Both the position numbers and the translations under genes were made by a program. From a virus (Duplodnaviria; Caudoviricetes): a stretch of 43,807 nt of DNA. The stretch lies in IMG/VR virus record IMGVR_UViG_3300033146_001939, positions 1 through 43,807 of that record. One strand, 5' to 3'. The notes under the pieces were generated by a model. That model did no database searches, was not told the DNA's origin, and saw only the letters and a list, made by a program, of their open reading frames with translations. Positions 43,631-43,807 of this stretch are shown here, piece by piece; position 1 is the stretch's first letter, and each line of letters opens with the position of its first letter.

Positions 43631-43807
43631 TAAAGTAAACCGTATTCACGGTTTCGTTCAACACTGAAAGAAACATCAATGATGCTGTCAAACCGAAAGG
43701 ATCTCCAACCATCAGCTTCGAGGTCCCAGACAGTACAGACATCAGGACGCGGAGCGCGGGCTTTCACGGGTTTGTCAGGATCAGCGGGAACCAGGGGAAC
43801 CAGGGAA
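43630..43807 (-). CDS. Sm-like/SH3 beta-barrel (WYL_2-type) protein, 5'-truncated
   Basis: ...DVCTVWDLEADGWRSFRFDSI matches the V(W/F)D....WRSFR motif; stop coupled to the helicase ATG. Confidence 0.75.
   Translation of the reverse strand, partial: SLVPLVPADPDKPVKARAPRPDVCTVWDLEADGWRSFRFDSIIDVSFSVERNREYGLL

Noticed and set aside
1-43807. tRNA/rRNA genes, integrase, transposase, homing endonuclease, radical SAM enzyme
   Set aside because: None recognised by eye. Intergenic gaps are short and explained by promoters and terminators, and no CxxxCxxC radical SAM motif was found in the ORFs.

Overview
A 43.8-kb, AT-rich segment of a large lytic T4-superfamily myovirus, distantly related to T4 itself. 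Nearly all genes lie on the minus strand. Positions ~5050-34820 hold a late tail/baseplate module: gp25, an enlarged gp6, gp7- and gp8-like wedge proteins, about 12 accessory fibre/appendage genes, three tube-fold paralogues (gp19/gp54-like), gp26+gp51, tape measure, gp48, gp53, a gp27-like hub and a gp5 split into two genes. One fibre gene (2608-4869) is the only long plus-strand gene. The flanks carry early or replication genes: CCA-adding enzyme, gp32 SSB, DHH phosphoesterase, gp33, dCMP deaminase, a T4 gp42-like dCMP hydroxymethylase, metallophosphoesterase, dNMP kinase and a DinG-like helicase. T4-type late promoters (TATAAATA) and sigma70-type promoters are clearly visible. The most unusual signals are: (1) a late tail-operon protein ending in 18 CxCxCNY repeats with 53 Cys; (2) a T-TTT-TTC slippery site that would fuse gp26 to gp51 by -1 frameshifting just upstream of the tape measure gene, as in lambda G/GT; (3) two RNA-end-metabolism genes with identical leaderless promoter geometry; (4) an orphan sigma70 promoter firing antisense into gp5; (5) twin hairpins in the gp32 leader. 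All family assignments come from motif recognition by eye, and no database search was run.
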